A stretch of 64,000 nt of DNA from an uncultured Acidobacteriota bacterium (GTDB lineage Bacteria > Acidobacteriota > Terriglobia > Acidiferrales > UBA7541). The notes beneath the pieces were generated by a model that saw only the letters and a list, made by a program, of their open reading frames with translations, was not told the DNA's origin and ran no database searches. The stretch covers positions 18,247-82,246 of the forward strand of contig CAVPLA010000011.1 of the NCBI GenBank assembly GCA_963705855.1. Direction: 5' to 3'. Below are positions 20,143 through 30,116 of this stretch, piece after piece. The number at the start of each line of letters is the position of its first letter. The first letter of the stretch is position 1. A program made the translations under genes and the position numbers.

Positions 20143-20539
20143 GACTTACTCCTTACTCTTCTGCCCCAAATGTTGGATGTTCGTTCTCGCGTCTAAGTTT
20201 CGTGCTTTCAGCGGCCCAGCAATTGGTAGCGAGCGTTGCTGGCCGAGCAGGAAGGTAGTTCCCCCTCTACCCACTAACCCTATAGTCCGGCTACGGTTGC
20301 GCCAAGAGAACCAAAGTACTCGCGGCGCAAACTCGCCACCTGACCGCTTGTCCCTGTCCGGGAACGGCTTCACCCTCTTCCCGAAAGGGACCAAAAGAAA
20401 AAGCTAGAAACAGAGGGAGCGCGAGGGCGTCTAGCTACTATATCGTCTGTCGGTATAGTATGCCGATCATCGATAGAGAGCACGATGGGCAGTTTCGTCG
20501 AGGAGCTCATGGGCTCGGAGTTTCTTGCGGAGGCATAAG

Positions 20540-21163
20540 ATGCGAAAGACTTTTGTTCTCATACTCGCGGGCTTGTTCGCAGGAGCAGTTGCGATAGGCG
20601 CAAATCACACACCGCCCACTCTTGCGGCAATTCCGGGACCGCCAACCGTCGCGCAGTTCAATTCGGAGGGCAAGCTCGTTCGGCCGGAGGGCTATCGTCG
20701 CTGGGTGTATGTCTCCTCCGGTTTCGGCATGAGCTATAACCCGGATGCGGGAGGCAATGGCGCGCCTGCCTTTACCAACGTATTCGTCGCTCCCGAGGCT
20801 TATGACTTTTTCCAAGCCAAGGGAACGTGGCCAGACAAAACCATGTTCGTGCTGGAAATTTACGGCTCAGCCTCCCACGGCTCGATCAATCAGAAAGGAA
20901 GCTACCAGGAATCGCTGGTGGGCTTGGATGTCGAGGTAAAAGATGAGTCCCGGTTTGCGGATAAGTGGGCCTATTTCGGTTTCAACAACTCCGCGAAGAC
21001 GGCGAGCGCGCTGACTCCGGGCAAAAATGCTTGCTGGAACTGCCACGACCAGAACGCTGGCGTCGAACATTCCTTCGTCCAGTTCTATCCCGAATTGCTA
21101 AAAATCGCGCGGGAAAAAGGAACCATTAAATCTACGGTCCACCTGGAAGAAAAGAGTAAGTGA
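20540..21163 (+). CDS. cytochrome P460 family protein
   Basis: Signal peptide. A single C-terminal heme motif CWNCH is followed by FVQFYPELL. Size (~205 aa) and the YRRWVYV motif fit the P460 family. GGAGG precedes the ATG at 20540. Confidence 0.75.
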   Translation: MRKTFVLILAGLFAGAVAIGANHTPPTLAAIPGPPTVAQFNSEGKLVRPEGYRRWVYVSSGFGMSYNPDAGGNGAPAFTNVFVAPEAYDFFQAKGTWPDKTMFVLEIYGSASHGSINQKGSYQESLVGLDVEVKDESRFADKWAYFGFNNSAKTASALTPGKNACWNCHDQNAGVEHSFVQFYPELLKIAREKGTIKSTVHLEEKSK

Positions 21164-21272
21164 ACAGATTGAAGAAATAGAAGATCGCCGCTTGCTCGAA
21201 TCTGCGCGCTCATACAAACTCGGGATCGTTTCCAGCATCATTTCTGCCGGAAACGATTCCGAGGAGGCGATC

Positions 21273-23498
21273 ATGCCGCGCGCTTTTTCCTATCTCCTTC
21301 TGTTGGTGATTCCCTGCTTGGCCGCCGCGCAAGAAGCGCAGCCGCCGAATGCCGCGCCAGTGCCGGGCGCACAGGAACGGCCGAAAGGGCGGCCGCGCAT
21401 TGGCGTGGCGTTGGAAGGCGGCGGGGCGCTCGGACTGGCGCACATCGGCGTGCTCGAGTGGTTCGAGGAGCACCACATTCCGGTGGACGAAGTTGCGGGG
21501 ACGAGCATGGGCGGTTTGGTAGGAGGTTTCTACGCAACGGGAATGAGTCCGGCCGAAATGAAGAAATTGATCGAGGGAGTCGATTGGAACGAAATGCTCG
21601 GCGACGCGACGCCTTACGAAGACCTTTCTTTTCGACGCAAGGAAGATCAGCGGGCATTTCCGAACGCTTTCATTCTTGGGCTGCGGAATGGCTTGTCGCT
21701 TCCGCCCGGGTTGAATTCGGGGCACCAGATCGGATTGTTGATCGACCGAATTGCGCTGCCTTATTACAAATTGGGATCGTTCGAAACGCTGCCGACGCCG
21801 TTCCGGTGTGTGGCTACGGATCTGGTGAGCGGGAAACAAGTGGTATTTGAGCAAGGCTCGCTCGCGCTAGCGTTGCGCTCGACAATGTCGATTCCGGGGG
21901 CGTTCGCGCCGGTGGTCGACAAGGACCGCGTGCTGGTGGATGGCGGGCTGGTGAACAACCTGCCGACCGACGTCGTGAAGCAGATGGGCGCGGACATTGT
22001 GATTGCCGTGCATTTAGATACGAAGCCGGTGGAAGCGGCGGACATCAGGTCTCTCTTCACCGTGCTGCAACAATCTGTCCGAGTGGTGGTTGCGGAAAGC
22101 GAAGTGCGTGGCCTTGCGCGCGCAGACGCCGTGGTCAGCGTACCTCTTGCTGGATACAGCTCGACGGATTACAAAAAGAACGAATCGATCATGCAAAAGG
22201 GTTACGAGACTGCCGATGGAAAGTCGCCATTGCTGGAAAAATTCGCGCTCGGCGATGCGGAATGGCAGGAGTACGTCCGCGATCGCGCGGCACGGAAAAA
22301 AACGCTAGCGCCCGTGCCGCAATTTATCAAAGTGGATGGAGCGGACACCGCGCAGCAGAAGGAAAACATCGAACACTACCTGCAACCGCTGGCGGGCAAG
22401 CCGCTGGACACGGACAAGCTCGACCGCGCGCTGACGCGACTCACGGGCGTGGGCCGGTATGACGCGGTGGGCTACCGGATTATGGAACGCGACGGGCAAC
22501 AAGGGCTGCTCGTTCAGGTGGGCGAAAAAAATTATGCGCCACCCACGATTCAGCCAGCATTTGAAGTGGATGGATCGGAGAGCGAAGAAGTGAGCTTCAC
22601 CATGGGCGCGCGGCTGACGTATTTGGATGTTGCGGGATTCCGCTCCGAGTGGCGCACGGATTTTCTGTTTGGGAATACGTACGGGGTGGGAAGCGAGCTC
22701 TACCGGCCTTTCACGCCGGTGAGCAAGTGGTTCTTTGCGCCGCACGGCGCGGCAAGCACTCGGGTATTTCAAATCTACGAGAAGGGCAATCCGCTGTCGG
22801 ATTACAAATGGGGCCAGGCCGACATTGGTATCGACGTGGGCTACGGATTCAACCGCTTCAGTGAATTGCGTGTCGGCTACGAGGTGGGTTATCTCGACAC
22901 AAATCTGCGGCTGGGCACGCCGGTATTCAATTCGGTGAGCGGGCGGACGGGCGCATCGAAACTGCATTACATCTTCGATCACACGGACAGCCCCGTGATT
23001 CCGCGGAGCGGCGTGCGCTCTGAAACAACCTTTCGGTGGTTTGATACGAGTCCCGGCGCAACCAGCGCTTTTCCTTCTCTCCAGGCAAATATTGAATATT
23101 TTCAGCCTGTCTCGGCACTGGGATCAGTGTTCGTGGACGGCCAGGGAGGGACGACGTTTGGATTTAATAGCACGGGAATTCCACAATTCTTCCTTGGCGG
23201 GCCGTTGACTCTCAGCGCTTACGGGTTGAACGAGCTGCAAGGCAATCAATACTACTTATTCCGGGCAGGCTATTTGCACGACTTGTGGATATTGCCGCCG
23301 CTGGTGGGGAAAAGAGTATTTGTAATTGGATCTTACGAATTCGCAAAAATGTACGGCGCTACAAACGAAAGCAAATTCCCGAATGATGTTGCCGCAGGCA
23401 TCCTCGCGGAAACGGTGATTGGTCCGCTGTTTGTAGGAGGAAGCGTAGGCGACACCGGCCATCACAAATGGTTCTTCCAACTCGGGCGGGTGTTCTGA
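21273..23498 (+). CDS. patatin-POTRA-Omp85 outer-membrane lipase (PlpD-like, type Vd autotransporter architecture)
   Basis: Signal peptide MPRAFSYLLLLVIPCLAAAQE. Patatin motifs GGGALG, GTSMGG and VDGGL. The C-terminal beta-barrel ends in FFQLGRVF (terminal Phe). AGGAGG precedes the ATG at 21273. Confidence 0.85.
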   Translation: MPRAFSYLLLLVIPCLAAAQEAQPPNAAPVPGAQERPKGRPRIGVALEGGGALGLAHIGVLEWFEEHHIPVDEVAGTSMGGLVGGFYATGMSPAEMKKLIEGVDWNEMLGDATPYEDLSFRRKEDQRAFPNAFILGLRNGLSLPPGLNSGHQIGLLIDRIALPYYKLGSFETLPTPFRCVATDLVSGKQVVFEQGSLALALRSTMSIPGAFAPVVDKDRVLVDGGLVNNLPTDVVKQMGADIVIAVHLDTKPVEAADIRSLFTVLQQSVRVVVAESEVRGLARADAVVSVPLAGYSSTDYKKNESIMQKGYETADGKSPLLEKFALGDAEWQEYVRDRAARKKTLAPVPQFIKVDGADTAQQKENIEHYLQPLAGKPLDTDKLDRALTRLTGVGRYDAVGYRIMERDGQQGLLVQVGEKNYAPPTIQPAFEVDGSESEEVSFTMGARLTYLDVAGFRSEWRTDFLFGNTYGVGSELYRPFTPVSKWFFAPHGAASTRVFQIYEKGNPLSDYKWGQADIGIDVGYGFNRFSELRVGYEVGYLDTNLRLGTPVFNSVSGRTGASKLHYIFDHTDSPVIPRSGVRSETTFRWFDTSPGATSAFPSLQANIEYFQPVSALGSVFVDGQGGTTFGFNSTGIPQFFLGGPLTLSAYGLNELQGNQYYLFRAGYLHDLWILPPLVGKRVFVIGSYEFAKMYGATNESKFPNDVAAGILAETVIGPLFVGGSVGDTGHHKWFFQLGRVF

Positions 23499-23593
23499 GC
23501 GGTGTCCTGGTTGTTTGGGGCACCAAGCTGCACTACACGCTCCTCACATCGTACTCCTCAGCGCTACTCGCCCCATCGCTTGTCAGGACGCCG

Positions 23594-24448
23594 CTATTTT
23601 TTCACGGAGTAGGGGCCATCTGCGGACGGGTGATAGTCCGAATAAGTGAGGATCCTGTCGAGTTCGAGGCTCTTTAGGAAAAGAATTCTGGCGCTGGCTC
23701 GCACTTCGAGGCGTTTCGGTACCCAGACTGCGTCACCTAGAGAGATCTGCTCGAGGAGGATGTGGGAGCCGCGCTGCACGCGGGCCACGAACAAACCCAT
23801 CGAAAACGATTGCGTTACTTCACCGTCGACTTTCACCCAGCCGAAGTCCTGCTTGTCGACCCAAAGCTTGCCCTGCACCCTTGCGAGCAGCTTGCCGTAC
23901 TTGCCACTTGCGTGATAGCCAGGATGCGGCGTGGCCTCAAGCACATAGGTTGGCCTGCCATCTACGATTACTTCGCCGACGAGACGGAAGTCGAAGGCAT
24001 CGAGGAGGACGTGGAGAAAAGATCTGTTTTCCTGGTCCTTGCGGAGCCGCTCAGCCCGCTCCGCCGTCGTTTCGTGCTTCAGTTTCTCGATATCCACGAC
24101 GCGTTTCTTCTGATCGTCGGCTGAGGGCAGCTGACCGTTGTGCTCGATCAGCTCCTCAAACCGGATGCCGTTGACGAGAGTCATTTTGGTGACGTCGACA
24201 TTTTGCGATTGCACTTGCCCGGCAGAGTCCAACCGCCGATCCTCATCACGCTCCATGTAGATGTACGCGTTACGCGCCTGCCAACTGAGTTCAGCCGCCA
24301 CAAGGGATTGAGTCACGATCTGACGCGCGTCCAGGGCGATGGGCTGATTCTGAGGTTTATCCGAACCCTTATTTTGAGCGAAGAGCGCGGACGAAGCCGC
24401 GAGCACGATCAAGAGCGCTCCGACTCGGAATTTGGTCAGGATTTCCAT
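23594..24448 (-). CDS. exported protein, LolA-like / outer-membrane lipoprotein-sorting fold (tentative)
   Basis: Signal peptide MEILTKFRVGALLIVLAASSALFAQ. The segment VDGRPTYVLEATPHPGY resembles the LolA-like family; assignment from memory. Confidence 0.65.
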   Translation of the reverse strand: MEILTKFRVGALLIVLAASSALFAQNKGSDKPQNQPIALDARQIVTQSLVAAELSWQARNAYIYMERDEDRRLDSAGQVQSQNVDVTKMTLVNGIRFEELIEHNGQLPSADDQKKRVVDIEKLKHETTAERAERLRKDQENRSFLHVLLDAFDFRLVGEVIVDGRPTYVLEATPHPGYHASGKYGKLLARVQGKLWVDKQDFGWVKVDGEVTQSFSMGLFVARVQRGSHILLEQISLGDAVWVPKRLEVRASARILFLKSLELDRILTYSDYHPSADGPYSVKK

Positions 24449-24825
24449 CTTTGACTCGAGGACAGCTGGAGCTGAAGACCCCGGAGAATCAGGATCCAGA
24501 AACAGATTAGCTCGTTGGGAGTTGTGCGTCTGTGCGAATAGGGACAGGTCCGCTCCGTCGGGACCTACAGAAGATCGAGGAACTCCGAACCTTGTAGGGC
24601 TATTTCATTTCGTTAGTGCCAATACCTGGAGTTAGTGGAAGACTTTCTCGGAGAACGCCGCGCGCGAGTAGCACTTCTCTAGCCGGCAACCTGGCTATCC
24701 ACGCTGAACGCAACCGTCGATCTTGCTCATCTGAATCTGGCGTTACGGGCGAGAATCGACAACATATATTCGCAACTGTGCGAAATGGGGCTGTATGGGT
24801 CCTCTCCACGCGCTAGGATGAGGGT

Positions 24826-25206
24826 ATGCGGAACAAGCGACCCAAAAAAGAACTTCTGGACGCGACACGCGCCAGCGTTAAAAGAGAAATGGCGAGACCG
24901 CGGATGGCCAAATCCGCAAGAATAATGAAACGGAATCTGGATACAGGCCGAATTCCAGAACGGACAAGTACCATCCTGCCAGGAAAGGTCGCCAAAATCA
25001 TCCCGTCTCGAGGCCTGAAACAGCCGGAAAAGGCGCAGATTGCTGTTGACGGAGCCGCCCGCCGATATCGAAATCTCCGCATCGAAAATACGCTGACGGA
25101 CCAAAATGGCGATGAAGTGAAACTCAAAAAAGGTGCTCACGTCGAAATCACCGTCGCAGCCGCAAGCAAGACGCCAACCGCGAAAATCATAGCCAACCCG
25201 GCGTGA
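24826..25206 (+). CDS. hypothetical basic protein
   Basis: 126-aa ORF with protein-like composition. No motif recognised. Confidence 0.5.
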   Translation: MRNKRPKKELLDATRASVKREMARPRMAKSARIMKRNLDTGRIPERTSTILPGKVAKIIPSRGLKQPEKAQIAVDGAARRYRNLRIENTLTDQNGDEVKLKKGAHVEITVAAASKTPTAKIIANPA

Positions 25207-25357
25207 GAGAAACCGCTCCGCGCTTCAGCTGCTGGAATTCATGGCGTTTTGATTGACGCGCCCCTAAGCGGTCAGAGTTTTGATCCTCCATGCGCGATTT
25301 GTGATACCTAACCGCGTATACTTGCGACACGCTGACCTCGCCCGAAGAGGTGCGAAA

Positions 25358-25564
25358 ATGCCAGACGAAGAGTGGATCAAAACGATTGCAGACGGCAGAA
25401 AAGTGAAATTCATCTACCAGGAACTGCCGGAAGACGGGGCATTTATCACCGCGCAGATTGCAGGTAGTGAGGTCGTGTATTCGATCGTATTGACCAAAGC
25501 GGGAAATCCGCTGAGTCGTGAAGTTGTTGAAAGTCGTTTCAAGGGCGAGCTTTCGAAGAAGTAG
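25358..25564 (+). CDS. hypothetical small protein (68 aa)
   Basis: GAGGTG precedes the ATG at 25358. Sequence begins MPDEEWIKTIADGRKVKFIYQELPEDG...; no motif recognised. Confidence 0.45.
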   Translation: MPDEEWIKTIADGRKVKFIYQELPEDGAFITAQIAGSEVVYSIVLTKAGNPLSREVVESRFKGELSKK

Positions 25565-25689
25565 CAACGCTCGACTGGCGACACGATTGGGCGAAGCAAA
25601 TGACTCAAGCCTGGGCGGTGGCAATTGAGTAAGAACAAGACTTGACTAGAATTAAATGATTGGGCTATATGTAAGCTGGTGCTGTTTTT

Positions 25690-26382
25690 ATGCGGGCATC
25701 CACAGCTTCCCGGAAGAACAAAACCAAAACAAAACCAAGGGCGAAGCATGCTTTCGACGCCCAGGCTTTTCTCGATTCCGCCGGTGTGGCGAGAAAAGTT
25801 AAGGAATTTAAGCGCGCAGAGGTCGTCTATGCTCAAGGTGCCGTCGCCGAGAGCGTAATGTATTTGCAGAGCGGTGGCGTGAAGCTCACCGTCGTCAATG
25901 AAGTCGGCAAAGAAGCGGTCGTGGCGATTCTAGGACCGGGCGACTTTTTTGGTGAAGGCTGCCTGGCAGGCCAGTCCGTTCGCATTGGAACGGCTACCGC
26001 GATTACGCCCACCACTGTGCTCGTCATCGAGAAGACTGAAATGTTCAAGGTGCTGCACGAGGAGCATGATCTCTCCGACCGGTTCATCAGGTTCATGCTG
26101 GCGCGGAACATTCGAATCGAGGAGGACCTTGTCGATCAGCTCTTTAACTCCAGCGAGAAGCGGCTGGCCCGCACACTCCTATTGCTCGCGCGTTACGGCA
26201 GAGAGGACCAGCCCCACGGATTGCTCCCCAAAGTATCGCAGGAAATGCTGGCGGAAATGGTCGGTACAACGCGCTCGCGTGTCAATTTTTTCATGAACAA
26301 GTTCAGAAAATTGGGCTTCATCAAGTACAACGGCAGCCTGCAAATCAACACCTCTCTCCTTAGCGTCGTCCTGCACGAGTAG
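25690..26382 (+). CDS. Crp/Fnr family transcriptional regulator
   Basis: The cNMP-binding beta-roll (GDFFGEGCLAG) and C-terminal HTH (SQEMLAEMVGTTRSRVNFFMNKFRKLGFI) are both present. A possible TTGACT-17/18-TATAT promoter lies at 25642-25671. Confidence 0.9.
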   Translation: MRASTASRKNKTKTKPRAKHAFDAQAFLDSAGVARKVKEFKRAEVVYAQGAVAESVMYLQSGGVKLTVVNEVGKEAVVAILGPGDFFGEGCLAGQSVRIGTATAITPTTVLVIEKTEMFKVLHEEHDLSDRFIRFMLARNIRIEEDLVDQLFNSSEKRLARTLLLLARYGREDQPHGLLPKVSQEMLAEMVGTTRSRVNFFMNKFRKLGFIKYNGSLQINTSLLSVVLHE

Positions 26383-26643
26383 GCCAACCTTCGGGCGGTG
26401 GGTTGGGTTCCGAATACGCGACTTATTCATTCAAATGTACCCAGAGTTGACCGTTTAGCGTCGGACAGTTGCTTACCTGCCGAGTCGGCAAGATACTGAC
26501 TACGTCCAAACAGCCAGACGCGGCCGCGTGATAGCGACCGCGTTGTTCTCGTCGCAAGTCGGTATAAGCAAGGCCGGCGTTGCTCGACTCTTTGCAGAAC
26601 ACAACATCCTGGTGAGCATCGTTGAATTTCGGCAGGCAACGCC

Positions 26644-27717
26644 ATGGTCGGTATAAATATGGAGGAAGATATCTTGAAGAATGCGCTATGCAGGCTGACG
26701 GTTCTGTCCACCCTATTGGTTGTCGTCCTTAGCGGACGACTTGTGCGGGCGCAAGACGGGAACAAACTAAAGATAGGTTTTTCTATGGAAGACATGAAGG
26801 GCGAGCGCTGGCAGACGGACCTGAATTCCTTTGAGGCGCGAGCTAAGCAGCTAGGGGCCGAGGTGATCTCTCGCGACGCCGGCGGAGACGATGATCGTCA
26901 GTTCCAACAAATACAGGAGATGATCAAGGCCGGCATCAAAGTGCTGGTTTTAATGCCCCGCGATACCACAAAAGCCAGCCGGATGGTGGACGCCGCGAGG
27001 TCCGCCAATATTAAGGTTATCAGTTACGATCGACTGGTCCAGAACAGCGATGTCGATCTATACGTGAGTTTTGACCGCCTTGAGACCGGCTGGATGCAAG
27101 CGGAATTCCTCGCAAAACATGCGCCCAAAGGGAATTATGTGCTAATCGCGGGTTCTCCGCGTGATGAAGGTGCGAAAACTCTGCACGACGCACAGATGAA
27201 AGTTCTACAGCCATATATCGATCGCGGCGATATCAAGGTAATCGCTGATGCGTATACCAAAGACTGGCTGCCTTCCGAGGCGTACCTTTTTATGCTGAAG
27301 GGCATTGATTCCTCTCAGGGCAACATCGCTGCTGTTGTCGCTTCCAATGACGGATTGGCGGGAGGCGCGATTCAGGCTCTCCGCGAACATAATCTCGCCG
27401 GCAAAGTGTTGGTTTCCGGACAAGACGCGGACTTGGCGGCGATCATCTGCGTTGCCCAGGGCGTGCAAAGCATGACCGTCTACAAACCTATAACAAATGA
27501 AGCAGCAGTCGCCGCCGAGGAAGCGGTTCTCCTAGCGAAGGGCGAAAAGACACGCGCGAACAGGACAATAAACAACGGCAAGGCAGATGTACCCGCCATC
27601 CTGTTGAAACCCATTGTCGTGACAAAGGACAATATCAAGACAACGGTCGTCCAAGACGGATTCCAGACACTAAAGAGCATTAACCAGGCATTGTCTGCAG
27701 ACCAGCAGATCAAGTAG
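26644..27717 (+). CDS. periplasmic sugar-binding protein, XylF-like (ABC substrate-binding family), orphan
   Basis: Signal peptide, then KIGFSMEDMKGERWQTD...IKVLVLMPRD...IKVISYDRL, which is typical of the D-xylose/ribose binding-protein family. No permease or ATPase gene is adjacent. Confidence 0.8.
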   Translation: MVGINMEEDILKNALCRLTVLSTLLVVVLSGRLVRAQDGNKLKIGFSMEDMKGERWQTDLNSFEARAKQLGAEVISRDAGGDDDRQFQQIQEMIKAGIKVLVLMPRDTTKASRMVDAARSANIKVISYDRLVQNSDVDLYVSFDRLETGWMQAEFLAKHAPKGNYVLIAGSPRDEGAKTLHDAQMKVLQPYIDRGDIKVIADAYTKDWLPSEAYLFMLKGIDSSQGNIAAVVASNDGLAGGAIQALREHNLAGKVLVSGQDADLAAIICVAQGVQSMTVYKPITNEAAVAAEEAVLLAKGEKTRANRTINNGKADVPAILLKPIVVTKDNIKTTVVQDGFQTLKSINQALSADQQIK

Positions 27718-27868
27718 GGCAGTTCCCTTTGATCAATGCAGTAACGGCAAACCGAACCTTATATCCACGCTCGCGAATTCTTGTGGCGCACGCGGGTATT
27801 CTCTTACAATTAGTACGCGTGGGCTGCCGGTACGAGTGCGCGCCATGCCATCACGCCCTGGGAAGGTT

Positions 27869-30007
27869 ATGCTGAAATATATGACTGCTTTTATTGCATC
27901 CGGTGCCATGGCGCTGGGCGCCATCTACACACCTGCCGCGGCCGGCGATGGGAAGTTCGGGCCGTCGAACCCGTTTTATGCGCCAAGTACGCTGCCGTTC
28001 CACGCGCCTCCTTTCGACAAGATCAAGGATGAAGATTATCAGCCTGCCATCGAGGCGGGCATGGCCGAGGAACTCGCCGAGATACAAGCGATTGCAGACA
28101 ATCCGGCGCCGCCGACGTACGAGAATACGCTCGTGGCCATGGAGAAGACCGGGCAGCTTTTGCAACGAGCGCTGGCCGCCTTCGGCGCGGTCACCGCTGC
28201 GAATACCAATCCCGTGCTGCAAAAGGTGCAAGCCGAGGAGGCACCGAAGCTAGCGGCGCACCAGGATGCCATCAGCCTGAACGCAACGCTTTTTGCGCGC
28301 GTGGCTGCCGTCTATAAGCAGCGCGAATCGCTCAAGCTCGATGCGGAGTCACTGCGGCAGCTCCAGGTCACCTACGACGGGTTCGTCCGCGCTGGAGCAA
28401 ACCTTTCAGACGCGGACAAAACCGAGTTGAAGAAGCTGAACGAGGAAATCGCGACGCGTGCGAACGACTTTTCGACAAAGCTCCTGGAAGCAACGAAAAA
28501 CGGAGCGTTTGCGACAAGGGACAAGAATGCGCTTGCCGGCATGAGCGACTCGCAACTCGCCGCAGCCGCACAGGCCGCCCAAGCGCGCAAGCAAGAAGGC
28601 TATGTGCTTCCGCTTCAGAACACGACGCAGCAGCCAGTGCTTGGCTCGCTCAGTGTCCCCGCGACACGCGAAGCCATCTTCGAAAAATCCTGGAACCGCG
28701 CCGAGCGCGGCGATGCCAGCGATACGCGCGACCTCATCTCGCATCTGGCCCAACTGCGTGCGCGGCGCGCACAACTGCTTGGCTATCCCAACCACGCAGC
28801 GTGGAAGCTGGGCGACCAGATGGCCAAAAATCCGGAAGCCGCCCTGAAGTTCATGGATGCTCTGGTGCCGGGTGCAACGGCTCGAGCAGCGCGTGAGGGC
28901 AAGGATATTCAGGATGTCATCGACGCGCAGAAGGGCGGCTTCAAACTCCAGCCCTGGGACTGGGACTTCTACGCCGAACAGGTCCGCAAGGCGAAGTACG
29001 ATTTGAATGACGCAGACGTCAAGCCGTATTTCGAGCTGAACAATGTGCTCGAAAACGGCGTCTTCTACGCCGCTCATCAGCTCTACGGAATAACTTTCAA
29101 GGAGCGCAAGGACATCCCGGTCTATCAAGCGGACGTTCGCGTCTTTGAAGTCTCGGATGCGGACGGCAAACCGCTGGCGCTTTTCTATTGTGACTATTTC
29201 AAGCGCGACAACAAGAACGGCGGCGCCTGGATGGATGTCTTCGCGAACCAGTCCAAGCTCCTGAGGACGTTGCCGGTGGTCTACAACGTCGCCAATCTGC
29301 CGAAGCCTGCGCCGGGCGAGCCTGCGCTCATCAGCTTTACTGACGTGACCACCATGTTCCACGAGTTTGGCCATGCACTGCACGGCATGTTCGCGAACAC
29401 CGAGTATCCCAGCCTGTCCGGCGCTGCAACGGCGCGAGACTTCGTCGAGTTCCCTTCCCAATTCAACGAGCATTGGGCGCTCTACCCCGTCGTGTTCAAC
29501 CATTTCGCGAAGCACTACAAAACGAATGAGCCCATGCCCGCCGAGCTGGTCGCCAAGATCCGAAAAGCGGCGACCTTCAATCAGGGATATATGCTGACGG
29601 AATTGGTCGCTGCCGCCGAGCTCGACATGCAGTGGCACATGCTTCCCGCCAGTGCACCTCTCCAGCAGCCGGACGTGTTCGAGAAACAGGCGCTGGAGAA
29701 GATGCATTTGCTGATTACCGCTGTGCCGCCGCGCTACCGCTCCAGCTATTTCAGCCACATCTGGGCCCTGGATTATTCCGCAGGCTACTACGCCTATCTA
29801 TGGGCGGAGATGCTCGATGACGATGCGTTCCAATGGTTTGAGGATAATGGCGGCCTGACCCGCGCCAACGGTGACCGCTTCCGGCAGATGGTGCTCTCGC
29901 GCGGCAATACGGAGGACCTGGCAACAATGTATGCAGCCTGGCGCGGCAAAGACCCGAGCGTCGAGCCCATGTTGAAGTACCGCGGCCTGCTGGAGTCCGA
30001 ACACTAA
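27869..30007 (+). CDS. dcp: M3-family peptidyl-dipeptidase (Dcp-like)
   Basis: HEFGHALH zinc motif and M3 length. Signal peptide MLKYMTAFIASGAMALGA. The start could instead be 27836 or 27845. Confidence 0.88.
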   Translation: MLKYMTAFIASGAMALGAIYTPAAAGDGKFGPSNPFYAPSTLPFHAPPFDKIKDEDYQPAIEAGMAEELAEIQAIADNPAPPTYENTLVAMEKTGQLLQRALAAFGAVTAANTNPVLQKVQAEEAPKLAAHQDAISLNATLFARVAAVYKQRESLKLDAESLRQLQVTYDGFVRAGANLSDADKTELKKLNEEIATRANDFSTKLLEATKNGAFATRDKNALAGMSDSQLAAAAQAAQARKQEGYVLPLQNTTQQPVLGSLSVPATREAIFEKSWNRAERGDASDTRDLISHLAQLRARRAQLLGYPNHAAWKLGDQMAKNPEAALKFMDALVPGATARAAREGKDIQDVIDAQKGGFKLQPWDWDFYAEQVRKAKYDLNDADVKPYFELNNVLENGVFYAAHQLYGITFKERKDIPVYQADVRVFEVSDADGKPLALFYCDYFKRDNKNGGAWMDVFANQSKLLRTLPVVYNVANLPKPAPGEPALISFTDVTTMFHEFGHALHGMFANTEYPSLSGAATARDFVEFPSQFNEHWALYPVVFNHFAKHYKTNEPMPAELVAKIRKAATFNQGYMLTELVAAAELDMQWHMLPASAPLQQPDVFEKQALEKMHLLITAVPPRYRSSYFSHIWALDYSAGYYAYLWAEMLDDDAFQWFEDNGGLTRANGDRFRQMVLSRGNTEDLATMYAAWRGKDPSVEPMLKYRGLLESEH

Positions 30008-30116
30008 GTTGCGGTAGTGATCGATTTCCGGTTACCGCGTCATCGGGAGTTGGGACCCGGATACATATTCTGAACGTCATCTTATCGCCCGTTCGCAATG
30101 GACGACAACGTGCCAC

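Noticed and set aside
20143-20539. 380-bp intergenic region with several hairpins (CCAGCAA...TTGCTGG, GGTAG...CTACC, TCCC-GAAA-GGGA), considered as SRP RNA, RNase P, 6S RNA or a riboswitch.
   Set aside because: There is no match to the conserved cores I know (RNase P GAGGAAAGUCCGG, SRP helix-8 motif, B12 box). The region is also a divergent promoter region for two genes, which explains its length.
28406-29758. 450-aa ORF antisense to the M3 peptidase gene.
   Set aside because: It is an Arg/Leu/His-rich shadow frame of a GC-rich gene. The plus-strand product carries the HEFGH zinc motif and full M3 architecture.
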